From Bugula neritina (Eukaryota > Animalia > Bryozoa), in the NCBI GenBank assembly GCA_964035545.1, contig CAXIUT010000221.1, positions 1 through 26,940 on the forward strand: a stretch of DNA of 26,940 bases, given 5' to 3'. This document shows positions 1 through 11,678 of this stretch, in pieces (positions within the stretch are counted from its first letter, which is position 1; every line of letters starts with the position of its first letter). The translations under genes were made by a program, and so were the position numbers. Under the pieces are notes generated by a model. That model ran no database searches, was not told where the DNA came from, and worked only from the letters and a program-made list of their open reading frames with translations.

Positions 1-69
1 CCCAACCCCAACCCCAACCCCAACCCCAACCCCAACCCCAACCCCAACCCCAACCCCAACCCCAACCCC
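1..69 (+). repeat. Left terminal telomere (CCCCAA)n
   Basis: Perfect C4A2 repeats at the window start, in the orientation expected for a left chromosome end. Same repeat unit as Tetrahymena. Confidence 0.98.
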
Positions 70-730
70 TTAAAAATTATTTTATTAAAATTTAAACATC
101 TTATTTTTAATATTTTAATAAACAATTTATAAATAATTATTGTTATTAACTACGAAATTATTGTTACCTTCAAGTTTTTGAGATTAGTTTTATTCATTTA
201 ATATTTTATCACTTAAAACTATAATCATGAAAAAGAATATCAATCAGAAAGATAAACTTTGACTTCGACTTCTTACTTAAGTCTACATTCCAACTATCAT
301 TCAACTACAGAATCAAATAAATTTAAAAACAAAAGAAATAAAAACCTAAATCAGGATCAAAGAAGTATATCTTTCAAAAAAATAAAGCAGTACTATCTAT
401 TAGATTGTTGTTTTTACCAAATCTCATGATGTATAATCAGAAATAAAAGAGAACAAAGACTACTTTGATGAAGGAAAATAGTGTTATGATACAAGAATAG
501 AAAAAATAATTTATTTATCAAAAATTTGCATTTATAAAAAAGATAACTCAAGTCTAAAAAGTAAAAATAAAATACAAATAATATATTCCATGAAAAAATC
601 GAATATTATGAAATAATTATCTTAACATCCCATATTTAATTGACTTTCAAATGACTATAAATACCATTATTATTAAAAATAAACTTAAATAAATGATTGA
701 AAAATATAATATCAAACACTTAATGAAAAA

Positions 731-2424
731 TCATTTATCAGTTTTTCTGTTGATGAATTGATAAAGACTATTTTTTCTTTTTTTAACATGAATTTAACTA
801 GGATACTAACATTTCATTTCCGAAAGCATTGTATAAAATTATTTCCAAATTAGAAACTATTTGATCGAAGGAACTCCTCTCAAACAAATCAAAGGCTTTA
901 TTGCTTAATGTTCGCACCATTGATAGTTATAATACTATTTCTTTAGAGGAAGATGTTTCCATATATTACCTGTCTTCAAAACATACTAAAATTTCTTCTT
1001 TAATTATTAATCATTGAAAAAGAAATTGTTGTATTTGGCTGAATATGCCTCATAACCCAATCTCGCTAAGTAATACGAGCTGAACTCAAAGCTTTTAGGG
1101 TGTGTGTTGATCATTTGATTGACACATTAAAGAAATTATATGAAGATGGGAGCTTCTTAGTTCATTTTTTATTTTTAAAAACCTAACCTGAAATTAAAAG
1201 GATGTCCGAAACTGACAAACTACTTTTAAACCAATATGCTGAACCCTTTGATAGTTCTATAGAAGGGATCGATGATAAGTTGAGCAAGAGCTGATACTTG
1301 ACAAGTTCTATCAACTCCTAAATTTTAGCAAAGAATCACCTGCGTTCCTGTCTATCTGATAATATAGATACTTTGAGGTGTTCAACAGCCAGATATGCAC
1401 TTTTAAGCAAGTTATTAATATCTTGATACCAAATTTATAACAATTTGAATATTTTCTAATCTTTTGAATACGCTACTATCAACTTCTTGAAAGAACTATT
1501 AACCGCAATATTGGTTTGAAATTTATAGCAGTAATTGATACATCGCATAGATTCTACTTACTTCGAATGGTATTATTCCTACTTCAATTCGATAAACATC
1601 GGTTTGTAACCTATTTCTTTCATGTATGCTTGGTTGTATCTGTTATTTTATTGATATGGCATTAATCTACCCGTCCGCCAGAGACAAGCCTTGCATTCTG
1701 TCCAGTAGTAGGTCGCAATTGGTATCCTTCCACCGTTTCTTATCTTCAAACATTATTATAATAAATTTTGCTACACTTTTTTAGGCACAATCTATATTAG
1801 CAAAGAACATACGAAGTATTTTGGATAAGTAGGACAAAGTGCTCCGTTTTAATTTTTGACAATGATGAGGGAATCCCAGTTAACTCGTATTCTTTGCATT
1901 TAAGCCAGACAATCATAGGTGAGTGATTCTTCCTGTGCAAATATATTTTTAGTAAAGAATGGTATCAACATATATCCTTTCAAAAAATATTGATAAAGCT
2001 CTTGAACTTCATTGACAGTTGATTTGATTCTAAATTTGATACCAGTTTTCAAGAGTATCAAAATATCTGATTTGGAGATATCTATTTCATGCATAAAAGA
2101 GAAAGGAATCGATATTGGTATTCTTACTCTATTATTTCTGATTTATTATTTGATAGATGGCTAGAAATGAAACAAAAAGATGAGGACTCGGTAGTTTGTA
2201 ACTAATGCTTTTGCTTATCCTTGGAAAGTTTTTGAATCTCCCTATACATAGATTTTGAAAAATTGTTTATGAAGGATCATCTCACCGTCGATAAAGTATA
2301 TGTTGTTGCTGCCTTGACTGATCTATTATTGGAAACTGATCTATTCGTTGTAATGATCCTACTCGAAAAGAGTCAACTATTCTAGCTACACGATGCTGGA
2401 AGTAGGTTTGCTTGATGATTTCAT
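731..2424 (-). CDS. Myotubularin-related protein, probably a pseudophosphatase (~557 aa)
   Basis: With TAR=Glu: [85 protein letters not shown]. One 20-nt GT-AG intron (1352-1371) restores the frame. ATG at 2424, TGA at 733-731. Confidence 0.9.
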
Positions 2425-2481
2425 TCTTTTTATAGTTTGTTATTATATTATAAGATTATTCAAATTGAATTATCAAATCAA

Positions 2482-2901
2482 TCAAAGAACTTTTTTACCA
2501 TCTTTTATGTTCAGTATTTTTAGGTATTATTCTTGCTCCACGATACCTGAGTGAGGAGGAAGGGCGAATTTCATGGGATGATTGACTATCAGTTAGTCAG
2601 CTTGACTCAAGGCTCGCTCCATCATATTGCCATAGCACATGTCGTACTGAAAGGCATACATGAAGCCCATGGGCACTAGTGGTATAAGCAAGGCTGGATT
2701 TTTCTTTATGATGGCTCCTATTGTAAGTCCAAAGGCAGCTACATGTACAAACTGAGAATAATACCAAAAACTTTATCGTCCCATAGATATTTGAACAGCT
2801 AGTTGCATTTGTCTTTGTTTGAGTACCATACTTTTTTGGAAATTCTTTTGCTCTTACATGTTAAGTACCATGTTTTTGTTCATAGATTAAGCAATGCCCA
2901 T
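2482..2901 (-). CDS. PLGRKT: Plasminogen receptor (KT)-like membrane protein (139 aa)
   Basis: MGIAESMNKNM..KQRQMQLAVQISMGRESFWYY..GLTIGAIIKKNPALLIPLVPMGFMYAFQYDMCYGNMMERA matches the family pattern. Intronless, ATG to TGA. Confidence 0.85.
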
Positions 2902-2991
2902 TGTGTCACTTAAGAAGATATGTTAGATATATCAAAAAATATTTAAACGAGGGTAAAAGTGATCAAATAAATTAATCGATTAAATTTACAA

Positions 2992-4743
2992 TCATGATGA
3001 GCAGGTAAGTTTCAGAGGAGCTGCAGCTTTTTTCCAATATTTTTATTAGAACCACTAATTTTATTAATAAGGATTTGAGAGGACATCTAAAACTTTTTAT
3101 AAATATTTTGTACTATCTTAAGCAGTCATTTATTTGATTTATAGTTGAATAGCCTTTGCTATGAAATTAAGTAACGTATATTTTGGATTTTTTATAACCT
3201 TATCATGACTTTTACTTCTTTATTCCTTATATATAATAACCCAATCAAACCATAATTTATATTAATACTAAATCCGTTCCTGGCAACTCATCATTCTTAG
3301 CGAATCCTTTCTCTTGATTCTATCTTTTTGTTCAGTAATCAAATAAGGATTAAATCCTGAATCTTATTTAATTATCTCATTGACATCAGCATTGATCAGT
3401 TGATGGAATGCTCGAATATTACTAAGATAAAATTATGTCGGCTATGATTAGTTAGTTATCAACTTTGTTAGCTAATCTTCTTTTTAGATGAGTGAATGCT
3501 TTTATAATATTCTGAAAAAGTTAGTAAAATGAGTGCCACAAATATGCATTATTTCAAACATCTAATCCACTATTTAATGGTTTTGCTATATGTTATTTAT
3601 TCCTAGCTTAGAACACATCAACTAATAGTATTTATTGCTATAAAATTGATTATAATTTTATTTCAAATACTTCAGAGATTCCTCACAAGGAAACAATGGA
3701 TCCATAGCCTCAGCCAACTTCTAGAGATTCCATTCAACTACATTAGGCTGCCTCCGATAAGAATACCTCTCATGCTCATCTGTAAGGTTACTCACATAAT
3801 CTTTAGAAAAATAATCAATAAAAGCAAACGGCCCATAATCAATAGTAAATCCTCCAAGACTCATGTTATCTGTATTCAAAACACCATGCACAAAACCAAC
3901 CGATTGCCAATAGGCTACCATCTAGGCACTTGATTTCACTAGTTTTTTGTATAATTATTCATAGGGATCCTAGTCGTAGATGTTTATTTATGGGAAATGT
4001 TGAGATATAGCATAATCGCAAAGCGGCTGAAGTAATCTTCTGTTGTCCATTGGATTTTGTTTCGTCATGTTGCTTTTTGGAAGACATACTTGGAGACTGC
4101 CAAAGCGGAGAAAGGTTTAGGCTATTCTAAGAACAATAGCTGCCTTTTATATCCTGATTCTACCGTCATAGTATGGATCTCTTTTGACAGGCTAATCAGC
4201 TATTACTAGACTACCTGCTCTCGATGTGGGGATAGATAGAGCTGCCATAAGTTATGATGCTAGATATTATCTGATAGCTGAACTAACTACGCTATTTCCA
4301 TCAGCATGTCTTGAAAAAGGAGTGACTCCACTTCCTTTCAATTGCAACTAATATGATTTTTGACCATTTTTTATAGATCCTAGAAGATGCGCTCTTCCGT
4401 CTCCGAGTTGGCCTGCCCATGATCCAAATTGATATCCACAATAATTATGTGCTAAAGGCTATATTACTATCACAACTACCTCTGAATCAGCAATCAATTT
4501 TGATCCGCTAAGATACTATCCAGTTTTGCTATCTTGTTTGATATCCTAGTAATTTAATCCAAGTAGCTATATTGCTTTTCTTGATAATCCAAATAGTTGT
4601 GGATTGTTTCTTTGTTTGGGTTGGCTTCTGCAGAAATGATGTTCTGGAACTTTATGCGGTTTGTCATTGATTTATGGTTGTATTTTTATTCCTTGGAGGG
4701 TTTTTAGTGGGTTCTCTAGTCTTATACATGAAAAGTTTTTCAT
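2992..4743 (-). CDS. SELENOO: Protein adenylyltransferase SelO/YdiU family, Cys form (~576 aa)
   Basis: [83 protein letters not shown], and C-terminal LTCSS-TGA. Probable in-frame 21-nt intron at 4459-4479. Confidence 0.96.
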
Positions 4744-4844
4744 TTTTTGATCTTTATAATCAGGAAAATAATGCAAAAAATCATATAATCATCAGATAAT
4801 TTTTCAAAAGATAGTTATTAACTATTATATTATTTGAAGTTCAC

Positions 4845-5393
4845 ATGTTAAGTCGATAGAAACTAACAAATATTGATAAACGAAAGCTAACATATGACAG
4901 TTTAAGTGCTTAGACTTATCCATAACCTAAAAAATCAAATCATCCTTTGAATCTTCCTCAATAATTTTAGAAAAAAATCAGTTCTACAGAACATAAAAAA
5001 CTTAAATAAGCTTTCTTTATCTAGGCAGATACTGACCTTTTTATTACTCGACAAAAATTTCCTATTGTCATGCGATCTCTAGGAATTATCCTGAATACAG
5101 CATAGTTTTATAAAATATTTGATGATCTAGAAGAAAAGAAAATGTCATGGAGATAGTTTCTTCAAGCCTATATCGCTAAAAGAGGTTACAAAGGATCATA
5201 TAATGAACTTTCTCATGCAGTTTATGATCTAGCAAAAGAATACAGAGGAAATTGGGACTAATTACTATAAGATCTACAAACTTTAGGAGATGTGATGTCG
5301 AAACAGTAGATCTAGATATTGAAACGAGATATTTTAAAAGGAGGAACACTGACAAGTGAATCTCTAATCAATGGTCTTATCTATTAGAAATGA
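4845..5393 (+). CDS. Divergent calmodulin/centrin/myosin-light-chain-like EF-hand protein (182 aa)
   Basis: Open ATG to TGA under code 30. LKEAF..VMRSLG..EFL..ELSHA..LQTLGDVMSKQEIE follows calmodulin helix spacing, but the Ca-binding loops are degenerate. Confidence 0.7.
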
Positions 5394-5425
5394 TTAGTTA
5401 ATCAAAAATATTACTAACATAATAA

Positions 5426-7900
5426 TCAAACATATGAATAGATATGACATAGTCCTTGAGTTGATGTGCTTGCGAATCCATAGTGATTAGGGGAATTAAG
5501 AAAAGTAGCAAAGACTACTTTATCATCACCTGTATCGTTGTGCTAGTAGTAGAATGGTTAATTGGTTTGATTTTCACTGAAAAGAGCGATATGGCCATCG
5601 AATGAAGCAGTCAATAACGTTTTTTATTTTTTGTGGGATTAAATTGACCTAATTTCCTACTAATGTATTTGAACAGCGTGGATAAGTTGCAGGGTATGAC
5701 TGAAAAATGAAACTGTTCCGTTTTTATGTGAAACGATGATGTCATCTGTCTGCATTTACTTGATATTTACATTATTGGCGATATATGTCAGTTCTGATTC
5801 TTGGTGTTTTGAGGTGGCTACACATTAATTGATTCTGAGATCCCATTTTTTGATGGTTTGATCTTTACTAACAGAGTATAATTCATTTTAATTTTGTAGT
5901 TTGAAGGCGCTAACACTGCTGCTATGACCTTTAAGACTTGAACATTTTTTTATTTTGCCTAAATCCCATACTTTTATTAAACTATCATCGCCACATGATA
6001 GAATCTTAGTCTAAGAAGGTGAAAATTTAACCATTCTAACTGAAGACTCATGCTTGCCAATAACAGAAGTTTTATGATCTGTTAATTTATTTGATAATTC
6101 TGTTATTTTCACCTAAAATATCATCAAAAATACATTAAGATCGTTAGAACAGGTAACAAGTGATCTTTAGTTGCTTCCCCATTGCAAACAGAAAATAGAT
6201 TTGGTATGCAAATTATCAATTTGATAGACAGGCACCATTTATTGATATTTTTTCTTATTAAAAAGATTTTAAACATCAAAAATCTTAAGAACTGAACTAT
6301 TAGTACCAACAGCAAATAGTTGCCCACTATCTGAAAACTGACAAGTTCTTATAGCTTTAGAATCAGTAGTCGATCCCAACTTAGTTATTTTAGTCACTTT
6401 GAACTAAATCTATTATTACTAGTGACGATTGAAGTCAGCACTTTAGTTGATTTATTATTTATTATAAATAACACTATTACTCTGCTACAAATATTATATA
6501 TTTTTACGAACCTATTCCTACATTTATTCTTATTAATTTTTAGCCATTAAATAACTATATTTAGCACGTTAGTTTTTAACTGATTTAGTTGCATCACTAT
6601 GAGCCTACTACTATATCTAATTCAATTGCGATGATTATACCTAGTTAAAATGACCATACCCTCGATGATTTTAAAGCTTTGGTTGATATTTTTTATCAGT
6701 TTTTGATGATTTTGAAAGATTGGAGTAGTTATTAGATGTATTCATCATCTGTGATTTTTATAGTTTTAGATTTTTGTAAGAATTAGGCATGTTCTACTAG
6801 TGATTGCTTTCGTTTTTGAGGAAGTTATCTATTTTTACACTGTTTTATAGCTTGTCGCGATTCATTGGACTATTTAGACTGGCATTTACTCTTGGTCTTT
6901 TCTATTCAACGAAAGAACTTTTATCTTTTAGATTGCTTTTCATTATAACACTTTTATCATCTTTTATTATACTTTTTTAACCAATAACTGAACTACTATC
7001 AATACTACCTTCCATTTTATTTTATATATTTTTCCCATTTTATATTTAATTTTTTTATCCAACTTTTTTATCTTATCTTTTATGACTCAAATTACTTTTA
7101 TTTTTAATTTGACTATAATTTCCACTAATATTCATATTAATAACACTATTTTTTATCATCTATTTTTATCTAAAACTATTCTAATTTTGAATACTAGACA
7201 TATTCTTTTATAACTAAAATTATTGATTATGATAATTTTGCTAATTCCTATTTTTAGTTTTATGAAAAGGATCTAAAACTAAATCAGGATGATTTCTTTT
7301 ATTAAAAGTAAAAGACTATTTCAAAGTCTATTTATTTTTTTGATAAAACTACAAAATATCATCCAACTTATCTTCCTCCTACTCATTTTTAACAACACTA
7401 TTAAACATTTCCAAAAAAGGTATAGAATTTTAAAAACACTAATATCTACCCCTCAAAACAGACCATCTCTACATCCCCTAGATCTAGTTAACCGATCGAT
7501 AAGTCAAATAATTAAATAGTTCCTGAAACTATTACTATGAACAATAATTAACTAGATCTCTTTAAAATAATATTTTTAGTTATTACTAGTTAGGATTTTC
7601 AATAAGTTCACATAATTTTTGACGATAAATATCCAATATTATCTTTTTGAATTGATTTTATTATATCCTATTCTCAAACGTCAACAAAAACGTTATCGCC
7701 TCATTGAAATCCCCCTTCAATATTATTTTACGATAAAAATCTATCTACTTACTATAACTTATCAATCCGATCTACCATACATACATTCGATACCTCTGAC
7801 TATCGCTATAGAGTGATGAAAGATTCGATACAATCATGCTCCTTAAGATATTTCTTGGTTATTTGAGATTTACCATGATTAGTTTGAAATTTGTTTACAT
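5426..7900 (-). CDS. WDR47: WDR47-like LisH-CTLH-WD40 protein (~803 aa)
   Basis: LisH KLIMKYLKEHDCIESFITLERESE; CTLH IDFYRKIILKGDFNEAITFL..IYRQKLCELI; low-complexity linker; WD40 GQLFAVGTNSSVLKI and HTKSIFCLQW..LVTCSND.NVKI. Introns at 7854-7873 (20 nt), 7772-7793 (22 nt) and 6113-6133 (21 nt). The linker was checked only for overall frame. Confidence 0.82.
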
Positions 7901-7951
7901 AGTTTTTGAGGATTTAAATTTAATATAATTTGAGTTATATTTGATTTATTG

Positions 7952-8847
7952 TCATAAAAAGAAATCAGGCATAAGATCTTTCTATTCTACTTTTGGATCT
8001 AATTGATATTTCTTGAAATCTTTTACCCCGTTTTTACGTAGAACTTCATCATCCTAGATAATGTATAGAGTACCACATAGAAGTTACCAGAATTTTATTT
8101 ACTATTCGATGTTAGAATAATATAGGCAGAATCAGCCATGATATCACAATTCCTCGATTTCCTAACACTCTCATCTCCACCTAATAAATTCTTAACAGCA
8201 GCTGTAGCGATAGCAGTCCTCGGCCATAGCGCATTGACAGCAACTCCTTCAGTTTTGAATTCTTAGGCCATACCTAAAACACACAACGACATTCCGTATT
8301 TAGCCATAGTGTAAGCCACATGATTACTAAACCATTTCGGTTGCATACTCAATGGTGGTGAGATGTTGAGGATGTGAGGATTGGATGATTTTAGCAGATG
8401 AGGTAGACAATATTTTGAAACCATGAATGTTCCACGGATGTTTATTTGATGCATCAGGTCATATTTCTTCATTGATTGGTCAATAGTACCCACTAAGTTG
8501 ATAGCTGATGCATTGTTTATTAAAATATCAATACCTCCGAAAGTTGCTACCACTTTATCAAGACATTCTTTTACGCTTTGTTCGTTTCTTATATCGCATT
8601 GTAGAGGAAGACCACGACCTCCAGCTTTGTTGATATCTTCAGCTGCAGTGTAAATAGTACCTTATAAATTGGCCTGAGGAGTAACTGTTTTTGCAATGAT
8701 AGCGACATTGGCACCATCTTGGGCACATTTGACTCCAATTGCTAGTCCGATTCCTCTTGATCCTCCAGTGATGACAACTGTTTTTCCTTTAAGAGGCTTA
8801 TTTTTTTGATTACCGATTTGTTTGGATAGTAATGTCAATCTTTACAT
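7952..8847 (-). CDS. HSDL2: HSDL2-like short-chain dehydrogenase/reductase lacking the SCP2 domain (291 aa)
   Basis: VITGGSRGIGLAI, DGANVAIIAKT, GTIYTAAE, FGGIDILINNASAI, NPHILNISPPL, catalytic YTMAKYGMS, VNALWPRTAIATAA, and C-terminal DLMPDFFL. 20-nt intron at 8054-8073. Confidence 0.93.
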
Positions 8848-8928
8848 ATCTTGATATTATAGATATGACGTATATTAGATATTTTAGTAGATTTATAATT
8901 GAGGAATCAGATAAGTAAATTTAAAAGA

Positions 8929-10461
8929 TCATTATTTTTTTAGTACATTAGTTGCTCTAACTTTTTTGAACCCATCAAGGAAATGTTCAGTCATTAAAAT
9001 TTAGTGTTTTATTGGATGCGCCAAATCGAATACTGTTTCTTGAAGCTCACCTATTGATTTCTTTACATGCTATTTACTCTAGAGAAGAGTTGCTGAAAAT
9101 CTGGAGACATCCAATTGATCATTCATCTTTACAAATTTAGTCACATAATGTGTACTTTATTCCTCTTTGCCCAAACAAAAGAATTTATTTTATCCTACCT
9201 GAACTTCATCACTGTCAAGGGCGATAAGATCGAAAGATGCATCCATAGATTTATCAGTCCATACTCTATATACAGTTTTTTTGCCTGGGAGGGTTGATTT
9301 ATCTGGATCTGCTGAAAATTTCATCCTTGGAACACCATTCAGTGATGTTAGTTTGCATACAAGACCGAGAGCTGGTTGTTTTTTGCAGGTGGCAATATGT
9401 GTGCCAATAGCATATACATCAATTTCACTTTTATTTGCTTACATTTATATTAATCTATCTTCATGGAGATCATCAGAAGCGAAGATGGTGAACTTCAAGT
9501 TAGGAACGAATTTATTCCATGTTGACCTGCATTGTTGTGAGAGTCTGCAAAGATCTCCAGAGTCGAGTCTTATTCCGAAGTCATTTATTCCTGCTTCAGA
9601 GAGAGCTTTTGCTACGATGATGGTATTGAGGATTCCTGATTCGAGTGTGCTGTATGTATCAACAAGGGTTTTGAAGTTGGTGCTGAAAGTGCGAGCATAG
9701 CTCAGAAAAGCAGCTAGTTCTCCTGCATGGGTTTTCCATCCGAGTTATTTTTTTATGGCATGAGCTCTTTTAACAATAGGAATATTATTAATTTCAAATT
9801 CTTAAATCTAGTCTTCAGCAGCGTAAGATGTGATGAAAGCATGAGACATAGTTCCCAAACAAGGTATTTAGTAGATCTGACTGGCTTTCATATTAGATGT
9901 TCCATAGAATCCTCCAAGAAATGCATATGAACTAGCAGATAATCCTCCATCTGGACCCTGAGCTCTTCGAATTCCAAACTAAACACACTTCTTAGGATAA
10001 ATTGCCTTAGCCATTCTGCTTGCGTTAGTTGCTACCAAAGAAGCGAAACCAATGAGGTTCAAGATAGGTGTCTCCAATAATTGAACGAATCCCAAAGGAC
10101 CAGTATAAGAGATCAGAGGCTACCTAGCAAAGACAATAGATCCTTATTTAAAAGCTTTGACTGTTATTTTAGAAGAGAAGTCTTGCCTGAGCCATTCAAA
10201 ATATTATTCGGTTAAGTTTGGAAGAGTAGATTTGAGGAAGCGTTAGTGTTATTTGGTGATTTTCAAGGAATCGATGAACTTCCTAACAGCTTCAAGTCCA
10301 GCGAAGATGGCATACTATCCACCGAAGGGATGCTTTCTGAAGAAAACTTCAAAAGTTGCTTCCTGTTAATGTTTTTTGGCCTGGAAGTAGGTGAAAGAGC
10401 AGGTGAACTGATAGAGGTCGTTGAAGAGAACATCAACGTTGTTGGTAGGTTGTTTTTCCAT
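8929..10461 (-). CDS. NAPRT: Nicotinate phosphoribosyltransferase (510 aa)
   Basis: [91 protein letters not shown]. Single frame from ATG to TGA. Confidence 0.96.
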
Positions 10462-10658
10462 TTTAAGTAGCTTTCTTTTCAATTATAATACTATATCAAG
10501 GCGGGTCTGGCTTTAACATACATTCTATTCAATTTTGACGAAGAAGCATATAAAACCATACTCAACTAAAATAATTATATCACCGAAAAACAAAAACAAA
10601 TACAAATCTATCAAACATAATACTTACAAGTTGACATATTCAATTTATAGATTTACAA

Positions 10659-11018
10659 TCACGATAGATATTTTTGTTAGAGCTCTTTTAGCTAGGCTAG
10701 ATTGGGTGCTCCTGTTTTCTGATAAATTTTTTAGGCTCCCTTGTAAAAAGCTAAAGTAGGCACTCCTGCTATATTATGTTCTCCAACTAGTTCTCCGAGT
10801 TCTTATTGGTCAACATCGATTTTAATCAAAGCCCATTTACCTCCATTTTAACTTTCTAACTTGCTAATGACAGGCCATAGCATTTTACATGGTCCACACC
10901 AATCAGCAAAGAAATCCAAGACATATGGTGTCTTGAGTCCTGACACCAATTTGTTGTACTCTTACATATTTTTAACTGCATGGAATTTAGATGACAATCT
11001 GGTTAGATTTCTGAACAT
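10659..11018 (-). CDS. Thioredoxin, probably mitochondrial (119 aa)
   Basis: LDFFADWCGPCK active site, KIDVD and GVPT. The N-terminus MFRNLTRLSSKF resembles a mitochondrial presequence. Confidence 0.93.
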
Positions 11019-11090
11019 GATATATGATGATGTAATAGATCTTGATCTAAATATTAAAGATGATATTTAAAAGATTCAGGTTGTTTATCA

Positions 11091-11621
11091 TCACTAATTC
11101 TGGAAGTTTTATTCTTTGAGGGCGTCGATGATACTCTATGATGATTTTTCGATCTGAAGTTGAGTCATAAGATTTTCGAGAAATCGCTTTTGGGACATGA
11201 GGTCGATGTATTCTGATGAAGATCCATTTCTCAAGTTTTTCAATTTTTAGTTTACCTCAATCAACTCCTAAAAAATAAATTCTTCATCGACTTCACTTTC
11301 ACTCTACATTGAGAAACTTTTTTGATCTCCCTCGATCTGATCTTCTTTCACATCCACTTATAGAGGCTCTTCGTTCTCGATTTCAGCTTCAATACTTTCT
11401 TCCTTGATCTCTTGGTTGTCAATGAGTTCGATATTTCTTTCTCCTTGCAAGACAATAGGTGCAAACACTGTCTGCTGATGTTCAGTCTGATAACTCTCAC
11501 AGGCAGAAATTTGTTCTTGACTCTTTTCACCTTCCTAAGACTTGACACTGCTGCTTGCACTACTGACGATAGGTTTCGATTGCATGAGTGAAAATGATTT
11601 GTATGAACGACTGCTCAGCAT
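11091..11621 (-). CDS. Hypothetical acidic protein (176 aa)
   Basis: Uninterrupted ATG-to-TGA frame under code 30 that fills the gap between neighbours. Glu/Ser-rich, with no recognised domain. Confidence 0.7.
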
Positions 11622-11678
11622 CGCTTGTCTAATTTAATGAAGTATATATATAGAGCGAGCATATAAAATGTAAAAAAA

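Noticed and set aside
70-730. Possible plus-strand gene next to the left telomere (ATG at 227)
   Set aside because: The ATG frame hits TGA after 11 codons. Other frames are open for 100-140 codons but lack a start or any recognisable motif, and long open frames arise easily with a single stop codon.
10462-10658. Longer intergenic gap upstream of NAPRT with a GC-rich patch and a ~26-codon upstream ORF
   Set aside because: I could not identify an RNA fold or box motif, and a short ORF of this size is expected by chance.
9115-11070. Plus-strand ORFs in the track (also 3646, 7289, 7619, 12880, 14981, 24469-25931)
   Set aside because: They are antisense shadows of minus-strand genes that only become visible with TAR=Glu.
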